This document shows positions 56,205-64,000 of a stretch of 64,000 nucleotides of DNA, piece after piece (position 1 is the first letter of the stretch; each line of letters opens with the position of its first letter). Origin of the DNA: Candidatus Pelearchaeum maunauluense (lineage in GTDB: Archaea; Thermoproteota; Nitrososphaeria_A; Caldarchaeales; Caldarchaeaceae); NCBI GenBank assembly GCA_030059675.1, contig JANVYQ010000003.1, positions 96,001 to 160,000 on the forward strand, read 5' to 3'. The notes below the pieces were generated by a model that saw only the letters and a program-made list of their open reading frames with translations, did not search any database and had not been told where the DNA came from. The translations under genes were made by a program, and so were the position numbers.

Positions 56205-56774
56205 GTGTGTATAGCGTTTTGCCGTGTGCTTAATAAGCGTGGGAGGAGTCTGGAGAGGCGTCTTGACGAGGTTGTAGCCCAGCTCAAGATACATAACGAT
56301 AAACTAAGTGCGCGCACAAGCTACATGTCATCGCGAGCGCGCAGCCTGTTTGAGCTCTCGCTAAGAGCCAAGGAAGAAAAGGATGAAGAACGCGCCATGC
56401 TCTACGCGAAGGAGCTCAGCGAGCTTAAACGCGTGCTATACACCATGCTAAGAAGCCAGGCATCACTGGAGGGAATAATCCTACATCTAGAAACCGTGAG
56501 GGACCTCAATTCTGTCAGGAAATCCGTGAAACCAATACATGAAGTTCTGAGCCGGGTTCAGGAAGACGTTAAGGGAGCGGTTCCAGAAGTTGCCCACGAG
56601 CTCCTAAAAACACACTTGATACTTGATGATATTATGATTGAGATAGGCGTCTCATCAGACAGTAGCTACTCATACACCGCCGTTGATCACGATGCACAAG
56701 AAATACTCAATAAAGCCAGCGAAATAGCTGCGCAGCGCATGAAGAAGATTATGCCAAATGTTTCAAACGAGTAA
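56205..56774 (+). CDS. Snf7/ESCRT-III (CdvB-like) protein
   Basis: R...LFE....A....D..RA..YA.EL.E.K.........LE...L.LET, .PEVA.EL, DA..IL..A...A..R. Confidence 0.8.
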   Translation: MCIAFCRVLNKRGRSLERRLDEVVAQLKIHNDKLSARTSYMSSRARSLFELSLRAKEEKDEERAMLYAKELSELKRVLYTMLRSQASLEGIILHLETVRDLNSVRKSVKPIHEVLSRVQEDVKGAVPEVAHELLKTHLILDDIMIEIGVSSDSSYSYTAVDHDAQEILNKASEIAAQRMKKIMPNVSNE

Positions 56775-56811
56775 AAATAATGTTTAATAAAACGACCTAC
56801 CATACATAATT

Positions 56812-57285
56812 ATGAGAGGAAAAATGTCCTTCTCGTCTTTTAAGAAGATTCTAGTTCCTGTTGATGGTTCTGAGTTTTCTGGAAAGGCTGTCCGTGTAGC
56901 TGTTGAGCTTGCTAAGCGATATGATGGAAGTATCACGCTTCTCCACGTGATTAGCGCTCCCAGCTCTTATCTGGTAGCAGTCCCAGCAGCGGGTGCTACC
57001 GTGGAGTTTGTCGAGGAATACTATGCTCAAGCAAAGAAGAGAGCCGAGGAGTGGATGGGTAAGTATGTGGCTGAGCTGGAGTCGCTGGGGGTAAAAGCCA
57101 GTAGCGTGGTGTTGGAAGGAGCTTCTTCAGTTGTAGAAGCAATAACAAACTACGCTGAGAACGAGAAGTTCGACCTAATAATTATTGGAACCAGGGGGCT
57201 CAGTGGGTTTAAACGCCTCCTAGTTGGGAGTGTTGCAAGCGGAGTAGTAAGCCACGCGCGCTGCTCCGTCCTGGTGGTAAAATAA
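56812..57285 (+). CDS. Universal stress protein
   Basis: KILVPVDGS, DLIIIGTRGLSG...LLVGSVA..V..HA.CSVLVVK. Confidence 0.93.
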   Translation: MRGKMSFSSFKKILVPVDGSEFSGKAVRVAVELAKRYDGSITLLHVISAPSSYLVAVPAAGATVEFVEEYYAQAKKRAEEWMGKYVAELESLGVKASSVVLEGASSVVEAITNYAENEKFDLIIIGTRGLSGFKRLLVGSVASGVVSHARCSVLVVK

Positions 57286-57364
57286 ACCAGCAATAATCCC
57301 CTCTCCTTATTTTTGATGAAGTAAAACTAGGACTTAAATATGTGCTAAAAGCACTTATAAAGCG

Positions 57365-60343
57365 TTGAGCAAAAACATCACCAAAGCCAGCATGGAAGAG
57401 TGGGTAAGTAAGGGTTTTGAGCTGGGCTCAAAGCAGAGGCTATCAAGCCCCCGCGAAATTGAAGTTAAATGGCTTAATAAGTGGAAAGCCGCCGCCATAT
57501 TTCAAGCAGAACCACAGAAAGACAAGCCAAAATTCTTCATATGCGTCCCGTACTCGTATCAGAATGGTCCTCTTCATCTAGGTCATGGATTCACATTCAC
57601 GCGCGGTGATGTGATAGCGCGCTTTAAGCGGATGCAAGGCTATAATGTCCTATTCCCCTGGTCATGGCACTGGACAGGAGAAGCAGTAGCAGGGACGAGT
57701 GAGCGCCTTAAGAGAGGCGACGAGTCAGTAATCAAGATGCTTAAAGAGATTGACGGCGTGCCAGAGGAGCTCATACCATTCTTCCAAGAACCCGCCTTCA
57801 TCTGCTCATACTACACAGCGGAAAACCGCCAGGTAGTAGATTTGATGGGATGGTCTGTTGATTGGCGGCGGGAATTCTACACAACAGACCTCCACCCATA
57901 CTATAGTAGGTTCATAACATGGCAGTATGAGGTGCTTAGGCGTAATGGGTATGTGATTAAGGGTAAGCATCCCGTCGTCTGGTGTCCATCATGCCAGAGC
58001 GCGACGGGAGACCATGACCGCCTCTCGGGAGAGGGCGTATTTCCCGAAGAATTCACGCTAGTCTTCTTTGATGCGGGGGATTTCAGACTGGCCGCAGCCA
58101 CGTTAAGGCCTGAGACGATATTCGGCGCTACTAACGTATGGATAAACCCTGAAGCGAAATACGTGGTTGTTAGATGGGATGGGAAGAAGGTTCTCATAAG
58201 CGATAAAGCCTACGAGAAGCTACGCGAGCAGAAGGGTGAAATCTCGCCAGTGGAGGAGTTGGAGGGGAGGAAGCTAATCGGAGCTAAGTGCAGGGTCCCG
58301 CTAACGGGTGCTGAGATACTCATACTCCCAGCCAGCTTCGTCGACCCAGCTATAGGAAGTGGCGTGGTGTATAGCGTCCCCGCACACGCTCCATACGACT
58401 ACGCCGCCCTCCGCGACCTCTGGAGAGCACCAGAGGGTCTGGCCCCCTATGGAATAGACGCCAAAGCCATCAGAGCTATAAAGCCCATCGCGATAATCGA
58501 GACTCCAGGCTTCGGCGAACTGCCAGCGGTAGAGGTTGTGGAGAAGCTGGGAATAATAGACCAGCGCGACGAGAAGCTGGGAGAAGCAACTAAAGAGGTG
58601 TATTCAAGAGAGTTTCACAGCGGAGTCTTGAAGGAGAACTGCGGCGATTACAAAGGGATGAGAGTAAGCGAGGCACGTGAAGCAGTGCGCCAGAAGCTAA
58701 TTAACATGGGAGAAGGCGACACGATGTATGACCTACCTGAAAAAGTAGTGTGCAGGTCTGGGGATGAATGTATAGTCAAGATAGTGGAAGACCAGTGGTT
58801 CTTAAACTACTCGCGCGGGGACTGGAAGGAGAGGGTCAGGAAAATAATAAAGGAAATGAACATATATCCAGAGGAGGCGCGGCAGTGGTTTCTAAACGTT
58901 GTCGACTGGCTACGCGACTGGGCATGCACTCGTAAAACTGGGCTTGGAACACCACTCCCCTGGGATAGGTCTTGGATAGTGGAGACGTTGAGCGACTCAA
59001 CTATATACCCAGCGCTATACACGATTAGCAAATACCTGAATAACGATCCAGTCTTACAAAGCAAGGTTAGTACCGAGATTTTGGATTATGTCTTTCTGGG
59101 TAGAGGGTCGGCGGAGGAGCTGGCGAGGAAGAGTGGGATTGACGCTGGGGTATTGAGAGCTATGCGCGACGAGTTTCTATACTGGTATCCAGTTGATATG
59201 CGCATATCAGCCAAAGAACTGGTCCCCAACCACCTAACATTCTATCTATTCCACCACTCAGCCATATTTGACGAGGAAAGATGGCCGCGGGGAATTGGCG
59301 TTAATGGCATGATCAGCATAGAAGGAATGAAGATGTCAAAGAGTAAGGGAAACATCATCCCCCTCAAGGTTGCGGTGGCAAGACATGGCGCGGACGTAAC
59401 GCGATGCACGCTCCTATTGGGCGCTGAGGACTTGGATGACCCAGACTGGTGGGAGAAGAATGCTATTGAGATTGGTAAAGATTTGCATAATATTCTCTCA
59501 CTTATGAGGGAGTCGGCCAACGCTCCGCGCGAAGCTCTAGACGCGGATTCATGGCTTCTCTCACGCCTCCAACTAAGGATAGCACGCATAACCCGGGCTT
59601 TAGAGAAACTAAAGACACGAACGGCATGCAACGAGGTAATCTACGGCATGCTTAATGACTTTAGATGGTATATGCGGCGTAATGGGGGACGCTTAGGCTC
59701 GGCCGCTAGAGTATATGCTGAGACTTGGGCAAGGCTCCTAGCACCCTTCGCACCCTACACTGCGGAGGAGGGATGGAGCATACTAGGCGGGGAGGGATAC
59801 GTCTCCCTAGCAGAGTGGCCCAAATACAGACCAGAGAACATAGACATACAGAAGCTACTGAAGGAGGAAATTATACGCGACCTGCGTGATGATATTTATG
59901 AGATAATAAAGGTTACGGAGAAGAAGCCCAGCAAGATAACGCTGTACGTTGCCGCTGAGTGGAAGAATAGGCTCGCGGCGTTGGTGATAGACGGTGATGG
60001 GATAAACCAGAGGAATAGGGGTCAGATTATCAAGAAGGCCGTCGTGGAAATCCCTGAAAGGAAGGGGGAAATTCCCACATTAGTGCCCAAGCTTGCCGAC
60101 GTGCTGAGAAGAGTTCAGGAATACTCAAACCAGATATGCAAAGAGATTGAAGTGGAATCCGATTCTAAATATATCTCAGCACTCCTACGCGAAGAACGCT
60201 CAATATGCATGGACGTTGCAGTACTGCTTGAGAATGAGCTTGGGGCTAAGACTATTGTAATACCTGAGGAGGAGGCGCGGGAAGACCCCATGGGCAAGGC
60301 TCGTAACGCTCTGCCATTCAGGCCTGGAATATATGTTGAGTGA
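57365..60343 (+). CDS. leuS: Leucine--tRNA ligase (archaeal type)
   Basis: PYSYQNGPLHLGH, TLRPET, G.G.V.SVPAHAPYD, SLSDST-like TLSDSTIY, KMSKSKGN. Confidence 0.95.
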   Translation: MSKNITKASMEEWVSKGFELGSKQRLSSPREIEVKWLNKWKAAAIFQAEPQKDKPKFFICVPYSYQNGPLHLGHGFTFTRGDVIARFKRMQGYNVLFPWSWHWTGEAVAGTSERLKRGDESVIKMLKEIDGVPEELIPFFQEPAFICSYYTAENRQVVDLMGWSVDWRREFYTTDLHPYYSRFITWQYEVLRRNGYVIKGKHPVVWCPSCQSATGDHDRLSGEGVFPEEFTLVFFDAGDFRLAAATLRPETIFGATNVWINPEAKYVVVRWDGKKVLISDKAYEKLREQKGEISPVEELEGRKLIGAKCRVPLTGAEILILPASFVDPAIGSGVVYSVPAHAPYDYAALRDLWRAPEGLAPYGIDAKAIRAIKPIAIIETPGFGELPAVEVVEKLGIIDQRDEKLGEATKEVYSREFHSGVLKENCGDYKGMRVSEAREAVRQKLINMGEGDTMYDLPEKVVCRSGDECIVKIVEDQWFLNYSRGDWKERVRKIIKEMNIYPEEARQWFLNVVDWLRDWACTRKTGLGTPLPWDRSWIVETLSDSTIYPALYTISKYLNNDPVLQSKVSTEILDYVFLGRGSAEELARKSGIDAGVLRAMRDEFLYWYPVDMRISAKELVPNHLTFYLFHHSAIFDEERWPRGIGVNGMISIEGMKMSKSKGNIIPLKVAVARHGADVTRCTLLLGAEDLDDPDWWEKNAIEIGKDLHNILSLMRESANAPREALDADSWLLSRLQLRIARITRALEKLKTRTACNEVIYGMLNDFRWYMRRNGGRLGSAARVYAETWARLLAPFAPYTAEEGWSILGGEGYVSLAEWPKYRPENIDIQKLLKEEIIRDLRDDIYEIIKVTEKKPSKITLYVAAEWKNRLAALVIDGDGINQRNRGQIIKKAVVEIPERKGEIPTLVPKLADVLRRVQEYSNQICKEIEVESDSKYISALLREERSICMDVAVLLENELGAKTIVIPEEEAREDPMGKARNALPFRPGIYVE

Positions 60344-60989
60344 TGAGCGGCTTAAAGCTCTGCGTGAGGCCGCTCAAGACCTCCTATACCTCATGGACAG
60401 GGGATACCGAAAAGAATACGCGATAAGATTCGTCTCAGACCACTACAGGCTACAACGATGGGAGAGGAACGTGCTCAATCGGGTAATCCACCCGACTAAA
60501 TACTCGGCTGAAGCGCGAGCGAAGCTACTCCAGCCTAGTGATATTGAGGGGAAAACAATAAGCATAGACGGCTACAACGTTCTCAACACGGTTATAGCTG
60601 GAAAAAGAGGCTTACCACTCTTCGAATCAACCGATGGAATAATAAGAGACATCTCAGAGATTCACGCATCCTTCAAGCTCACAGACGAAACTCTGAAAAC
60701 CGCGCTTGAGGTAATCGAAGAAACCCTACAACTAAAGCCCAAGGACATACAGATTTACCTGGATGCGCAGATAAGTAAGAGCGGCATACTGGCTAAGAAA
60801 CTCAGAGAACAAGGCGCTGAAGTAATCCTAACAAAACATGCTGATAAAACAATACTGGCAGATACAAACATAATAGCAACCAGTGACTCAATAATCATAG
60901 AACAAAAATCAAAGATATTCGACCTGGCGGGACATATATGCAGAAAAAGAAGCCACAAAATAGTCAAGCTCCTAGAATATCATGATTAA
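60333..60989 (+). CDS. DUF434 domain protein
   Basis: A..DL.YL..RGY, FV.DHY.L, IDGYNVL.T, DG.IRD, S.SG, ATSDS.II. Confidence 0.85.
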   Translation: MLSDERLKALREAAQDLLYLMDRGYRKEYAIRFVSDHYRLQRWERNVLNRVIHPTKYSAEARAKLLQPSDIEGKTISIDGYNVLNTVIAGKRGLPLFESTDGIIRDISEIHASFKLTDETLKTALEVIEETLQLKPKDIQIYLDAQISKSGILAKKLREQGAEVILTKHADKTILADTNIIATSDSIIIEQKSKIFDLAGHICRKRSHKIVKLLEYHD

Positions 60990-61070
60990 CATTTAAAACA
61001 TGCTCTCAACAAACTGTTCTAACAATATAATACGAAGCATAATCTCAATACTGTGCAGCGCACCGGGGTT

Positions 61071-61145
61071 GGGCCCGTAGCGCAGGATGGACAGCGCACC
61101 GGCCTTCTAAGCCGGGGGTCGGGAGTTCAAGTCTCCCCGGGCCCG
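61071..61145 (+). tRNA. tRNA-Arg(TCT)
   Basis: GGGCCCG/CGGGCCC acceptor, CCGGC-CTTCTAA-GCCGG, GGGAG-TTCAAGT-CTCCC. Confidence 0.95.
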
Positions 61146-61153
61146 CGGGAGAA

Positions 61154-61173
61154 TTTTTATTATTTTATTTTTT
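61154..61173 (+). terminator. T-rich tract after tRNA-Arg(TCT)
   Basis: Several oligo-T runs immediately 3' of the tRNA, typical of archaeal terminators. Confidence 0.45.
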
Positions 61174-61191
61174 GTTGACAGTTGTTATGTT

Positions 61192-61701
61192 GTGGTTTTC
61201 CATGGCTGTGGTGGGGTTGTTTTGAGGGTTATTTTTCTCGCGTTTGTTGCTGGTTTGGTGTTGGGGTTGTTTGTGGGTTATGTTTTTCTTGATGAGGAGG
61301 CTCGTGAGGGTTTTGGAGGCGGTGAATATGGGTTTGTCATGGTTGGTGATGTTTTAGTTCGTGTTGAGATTGCTGACACTCCTGAAGAGCGTATTAGGGG
61401 GTTGTCTGGTCGGGAGTCGCTTAAACCTGGCTGGGGTATGCTCTTCATCTTCCCGCAAGAGGGAATCTATTCCTTCTGGATGTATGGTATGCGCTTCTCC
61501 CTCGACATAATATGGATTGACGAAGATGGGTATGTGGTGTATGTTGTTGAGAAAGCCCCACCCTGCAAAGAGGATGGGGAATGCCCCAGCTACACGCCTG
61601 ATGAAGAGGCGTTGTATGTCTTGGAAGTCGCGGCGGGCTTCGTGGAGGATAACAACGTAAGGGAGGGACAGAGAATAAGAATATTCCTGCCAGCGGTATA
61701 G
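61192..61701 (+). CDS. DUF192 family protein with N-terminal TM
   Basis: VEIADTPEER.RGL..R, GMLF.F, FWM..M.F.LDIIWI, YVLEV.AG. Confidence 0.9.
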   Translation: MVFHGCGGVVLRVIFLAFVAGLVLGLFVGYVFLDEEAREGFGGGEYGFVMVGDVLVRVEIADTPEERIRGLSGRESLKPGWGMLFIFPQEGIYSFWMYGMRFSLDIIWIDEDGYVVYVVEKAPPCKEDGECPSYTPDEEALYVLEVAAGFVEDNNVREGQRIRIFLPAV

Positions 61702-61718
61702 AGGTTGCGTAAATATAT

Positions 61719-62783
61719 GTGGTTGCCTCGTCTCTGATATATGTTGGCGGCTTGCCATCTGTAAAGGCTCCCAAGGTGCTGGCCGAGCAGCTCATTAAGG
61801 AGCTGGAGAAGTCTGGCATACTGGATAGGGGTAGGGTGATTAGGAGAGAAGGCGAGCATGTGTTCATCCCCGTTGTGAGCACCGCTGGCTTGAAGCTTCC
61901 CGAAGAATGCCATGTAGTTCATGTTGAGAATCCACCAGCGGAGAGAAGGTCGCGTAGCGTGGTTGATGCTCTACGAGATAAGGTGGATGCGGAGCTGTTA
62001 AAGAGGATTCCACGTTCATTCGACATTATAGGTGATGTTGCAGTGATAAACGAGCTTGACGCGGAGCAGCGGGTTCTTGAAGCTATTGGGCAAGCCATAA
62101 TGGAGGTTCATAAGAACGTTAGGCTTGTACTGGCTAAGTCTTCTCCATTAGCGGGGGAGGAGCGGGTGGGTGGTTATAGGGTGGTGGCCGGCGTAGGCGG
62201 GGCTGAGACAACACACCGCGAGTCGGGCTGCGTCTACAAGCTGGACATAACGCGGGTATTTTTCTCGCCGAGATTATCTGGAGAAAGGCTTCGCGTGGCT
62301 ACTCAAGTGCGCAGCGACGAGCAAGTGGTGGATATGTTCGCTGGTGTGGGGCCTTTCTCCATACTCATCGCAAAGAAAACCCCCTCCTGTAGGGTCGTCG
62401 CAGTTGAGAAGAACGAATCAGCATATAGATACCTGTGTGAAAACATACGGCTCAACAAGGTTGGTGATAGGGTTACTCCACTTCTCGGAGACGTTAGAAA
62501 CCACGTAAGCGCGCTCAGGGGGCTGGCTGATAGGGTTATAATGAACCTACCCCACCAGTCGCAGGACTTTCTCGGCGATGCCCTGCAAATACTGAAAAAA
62601 GAGGGATTAATACACTTCTACACAATAGCCCAACGCGACGACCAAAGTGATGCGGAGAGAAGAGTATCTTCAGTATTATCTGCACTGGATGTGGATTATG
62701 GTTTCCTCTTTAGTCGGGCTGTTAAGGAGGTCTCACCATCAAAGGTGATGATGGTCTTTGATATTCGTGTTGTTAAGGGCTGA
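61719..62783 (+). CDS. trm5: Trm5/Met-10+ family tRNA methyltransferase
   Basis: FDIIGD.A, H.E.G..Y.LD...VFFSPRL..ER, DMFAGVGPF, DRVIMNLP; real start may be TTG at 61752. Confidence 0.85.
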   Translation: MVASSLIYVGGLPSVKAPKVLAEQLIKELEKSGILDRGRVIRREGEHVFIPVVSTAGLKLPEECHVVHVENPPAERRSRSVVDALRDKVDAELLKRIPRSFDIIGDVAVINELDAEQRVLEAIGQAIMEVHKNVRLVLAKSSPLAGEERVGGYRVVAGVGGAETTHRESGCVYKLDITRVFFSPRLSGERLRVATQVRSDEQVVDMFAGVGPFSILIAKKTPSCRVVAVEKNESAYRYLCENIRLNKVGDRVTPLLGDVRNHVSALRGLADRVIMNLPHQSQDFLGDALQILKKEGLIHFYTIAQRDDQSDAERRVSSVLSALDVDYGFLFSRAVKEVSPSKVMMVFDIRVVKG

Positions 62784-62827
62784 ACTCTTATATAACCCGC
62801 TCACATATCAAGATATGCTGGTGACAG

Positions 62828-63865
62828 ATGGGGGTTAAGATAGGCGATATAATCCCTCCCGAGGCTGTTGAGAAGACGACGCTCAAGGGGCTCGGGGGGA
62901 AGTCGATAGCGCTTGACGCCTACAACATGCTATACCAGTTCCTATCTACGATACGTGGCCCTGATGGTAGGCCGCTTATGGATAGGCGCGGCCGCGTTAC
63001 TAGTCATTTGAGCGGCTTATTCTTCAGGACGGTAAACCTCTTGGAGGCGGGTATTAAGCCTGTGTATGTCTTTGACGGTAGGCCGCCTGAGATGAAGAGG
63101 GCTACTATTGAGCGTAGGGTTGAGGCCCGTGAGGAGGCTCGTAAGCTGTATGAGCGTGCTTTGAGTGAGGGGGAGCTTGAGGAGGCTCGTAAGTATGCTC
63201 AACGCGCCGCTACGCTTGAGGAGTATATGGTGGAGAGCGCTATACAGCTCTTGGAGGCTATGCACATCCCCTACGTCAAAGCCCCCTCCGAGGGCGAGGC
63301 GCAAGCAGCATACATGGCAGCCCGCGGCGATGTCTTCGCCTCAGGCTCCCAAGACATGGACTCACTCCTCTTCGGCTCACCCCGCCTAGTGCGAAACCTA
63401 TCGATAGTGGGGAGGCGTAAGCTCCCTGGGAGAAACGAGTACGTCGAGGTAGAGCCTGAGATTATCTACCTAGACAAGCTGCTAAGCTCTCTCGGAATAA
63501 CGCGGGAGCAACTTATAGACATCGGCCTCTTCATCGGGACTGACTACTCTCCCCAGGTTAGGGGAGTGGGTCCAAAGAGCGCGCTACGCCACATAAAGCA
63601 GTATGGCTCAATAGAGAAGGCCTGCCAGGCTCTCGGAATTAGGCTGGAGTTTGACCCAGCTAAGGTAAGGGAGATTTTCCTCAAACCAAATGTTACAAGC
63701 TCTTATAGTGTTGAGTGGGGCGAGCCTGACGATAGGGATGTCATCAGTTTATTGTGTGGGGAGTTTGACTTCTCGCGCGAGCGTGTTCAGAAGGCGCTTG
63801 ACGAGCTGCATAAGTCGCTTAAACAGATGCGGGAAAGAATAAGCCTTGACGCCTTCCTATCATGA
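62828..63865 (+). CDS. fen: Flap endonuclease 1
   Basis: MGV, DAYN.LYQFL..IR..DG.PL, TSHLSG, VFDG, APSEGEAQA, SQD.D.LLFG, GTDY, C-terminal PIP-like SLDAF. Confidence 0.96.
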   Translation: MGVKIGDIIPPEAVEKTTLKGLGGKSIALDAYNMLYQFLSTIRGPDGRPLMDRRGRVTSHLSGLFFRTVNLLEAGIKPVYVFDGRPPEMKRATIERRVEAREEARKLYERALSEGELEEARKYAQRAATLEEYMVESAIQLLEAMHIPYVKAPSEGEAQAAYMAARGDVFASGSQDMDSLLFGSPRLVRNLSIVGRRKLPGRNEYVEVEPEIIYLDKLLSSLGITREQLIDIGLFIGTDYSPQVRGVGPKSALRHIKQYGSIEKACQALGIRLEFDPAKVREIFLKPNVTSSYSVEWGEPDDRDVISLLCGEFDFSRERVQKALDELHKSLKQMRERISLDAFLS

Positions 63866-64000
63866 GCTTATGAGCTCCACCACGCGACGCTCAGCATCTA
63901 GGCTGAGAACCCTCACCCTACCATGAATCTCCAACTTCATCAAGGTCTGCCTAAGCATGTCATACGATATATCAACACCCCTCTTACGCAGCTCGTCCAG
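63860..64000 (-). CDS. 3' part of a small winged-helix-like protein
   Basis: Manual translation LDELRKRGVDISYDMLRQTLMKLEIHGRVRVLSLDAERRVVELISS*. Confidence 0.6.
   Translation of the reverse strand: MDELRKRGVDISYDMLRQTLMKLEIHGRVRVLSLDAERRVVELISS

Overview
Gene-dense archaeal chromosomal window. The gene set (crenarchaeal-type PolB1, Dpo4, FEN1, thaumarchaeal-type complex I and cytochrome oxidase subunits, CdvB/ESCRT-III, BHB-intron tRNAs) suggests a thermophilic TACK archaeon such as Caldarchaeales/Aigarchaeota; this taxonomy is inferred, not proven. Most of the window is housekeeping: complex I genes in three separate loci, an A1-type heme-copper oxidase operon, a biotin carboxylase/MeaB/methylmalonyl-CoA mutase cluster, thiamine/flavin/NAD cofactor genes, RNA modification, replication/repair, LeuRS and five tRNAs. 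No CRISPR array, rRNA, integrase or transposase was seen. Most notable: (1) a NurA-HerA pair without Mre11/Rad50 next to three related winged-helix genes sharing an N-terminal beta-hairpin/helix module; (2) a NuoI with a ~134-aa domain inserted between its two 4Fe-4S motifs, plus a ~30-aa insert in NuoD; (3) a tRNA-Arg(TCG) with two BHB introns whose second intron begins with a mimic of an Arg(CCT) anticodon exon, and a tRNA-Leu with a D-loop intron; (4) a CBS-HPF fusion likely acting as a ribosome hibernation factor; (5) a nadM gene with no canonical start codon upstream of its catalytic motif; (6) decayed gene fragments at tRNA 3' ends; (7) an A/C-rich to G/T-rich compositional switch centred on the tRNA genes regardless of strand.
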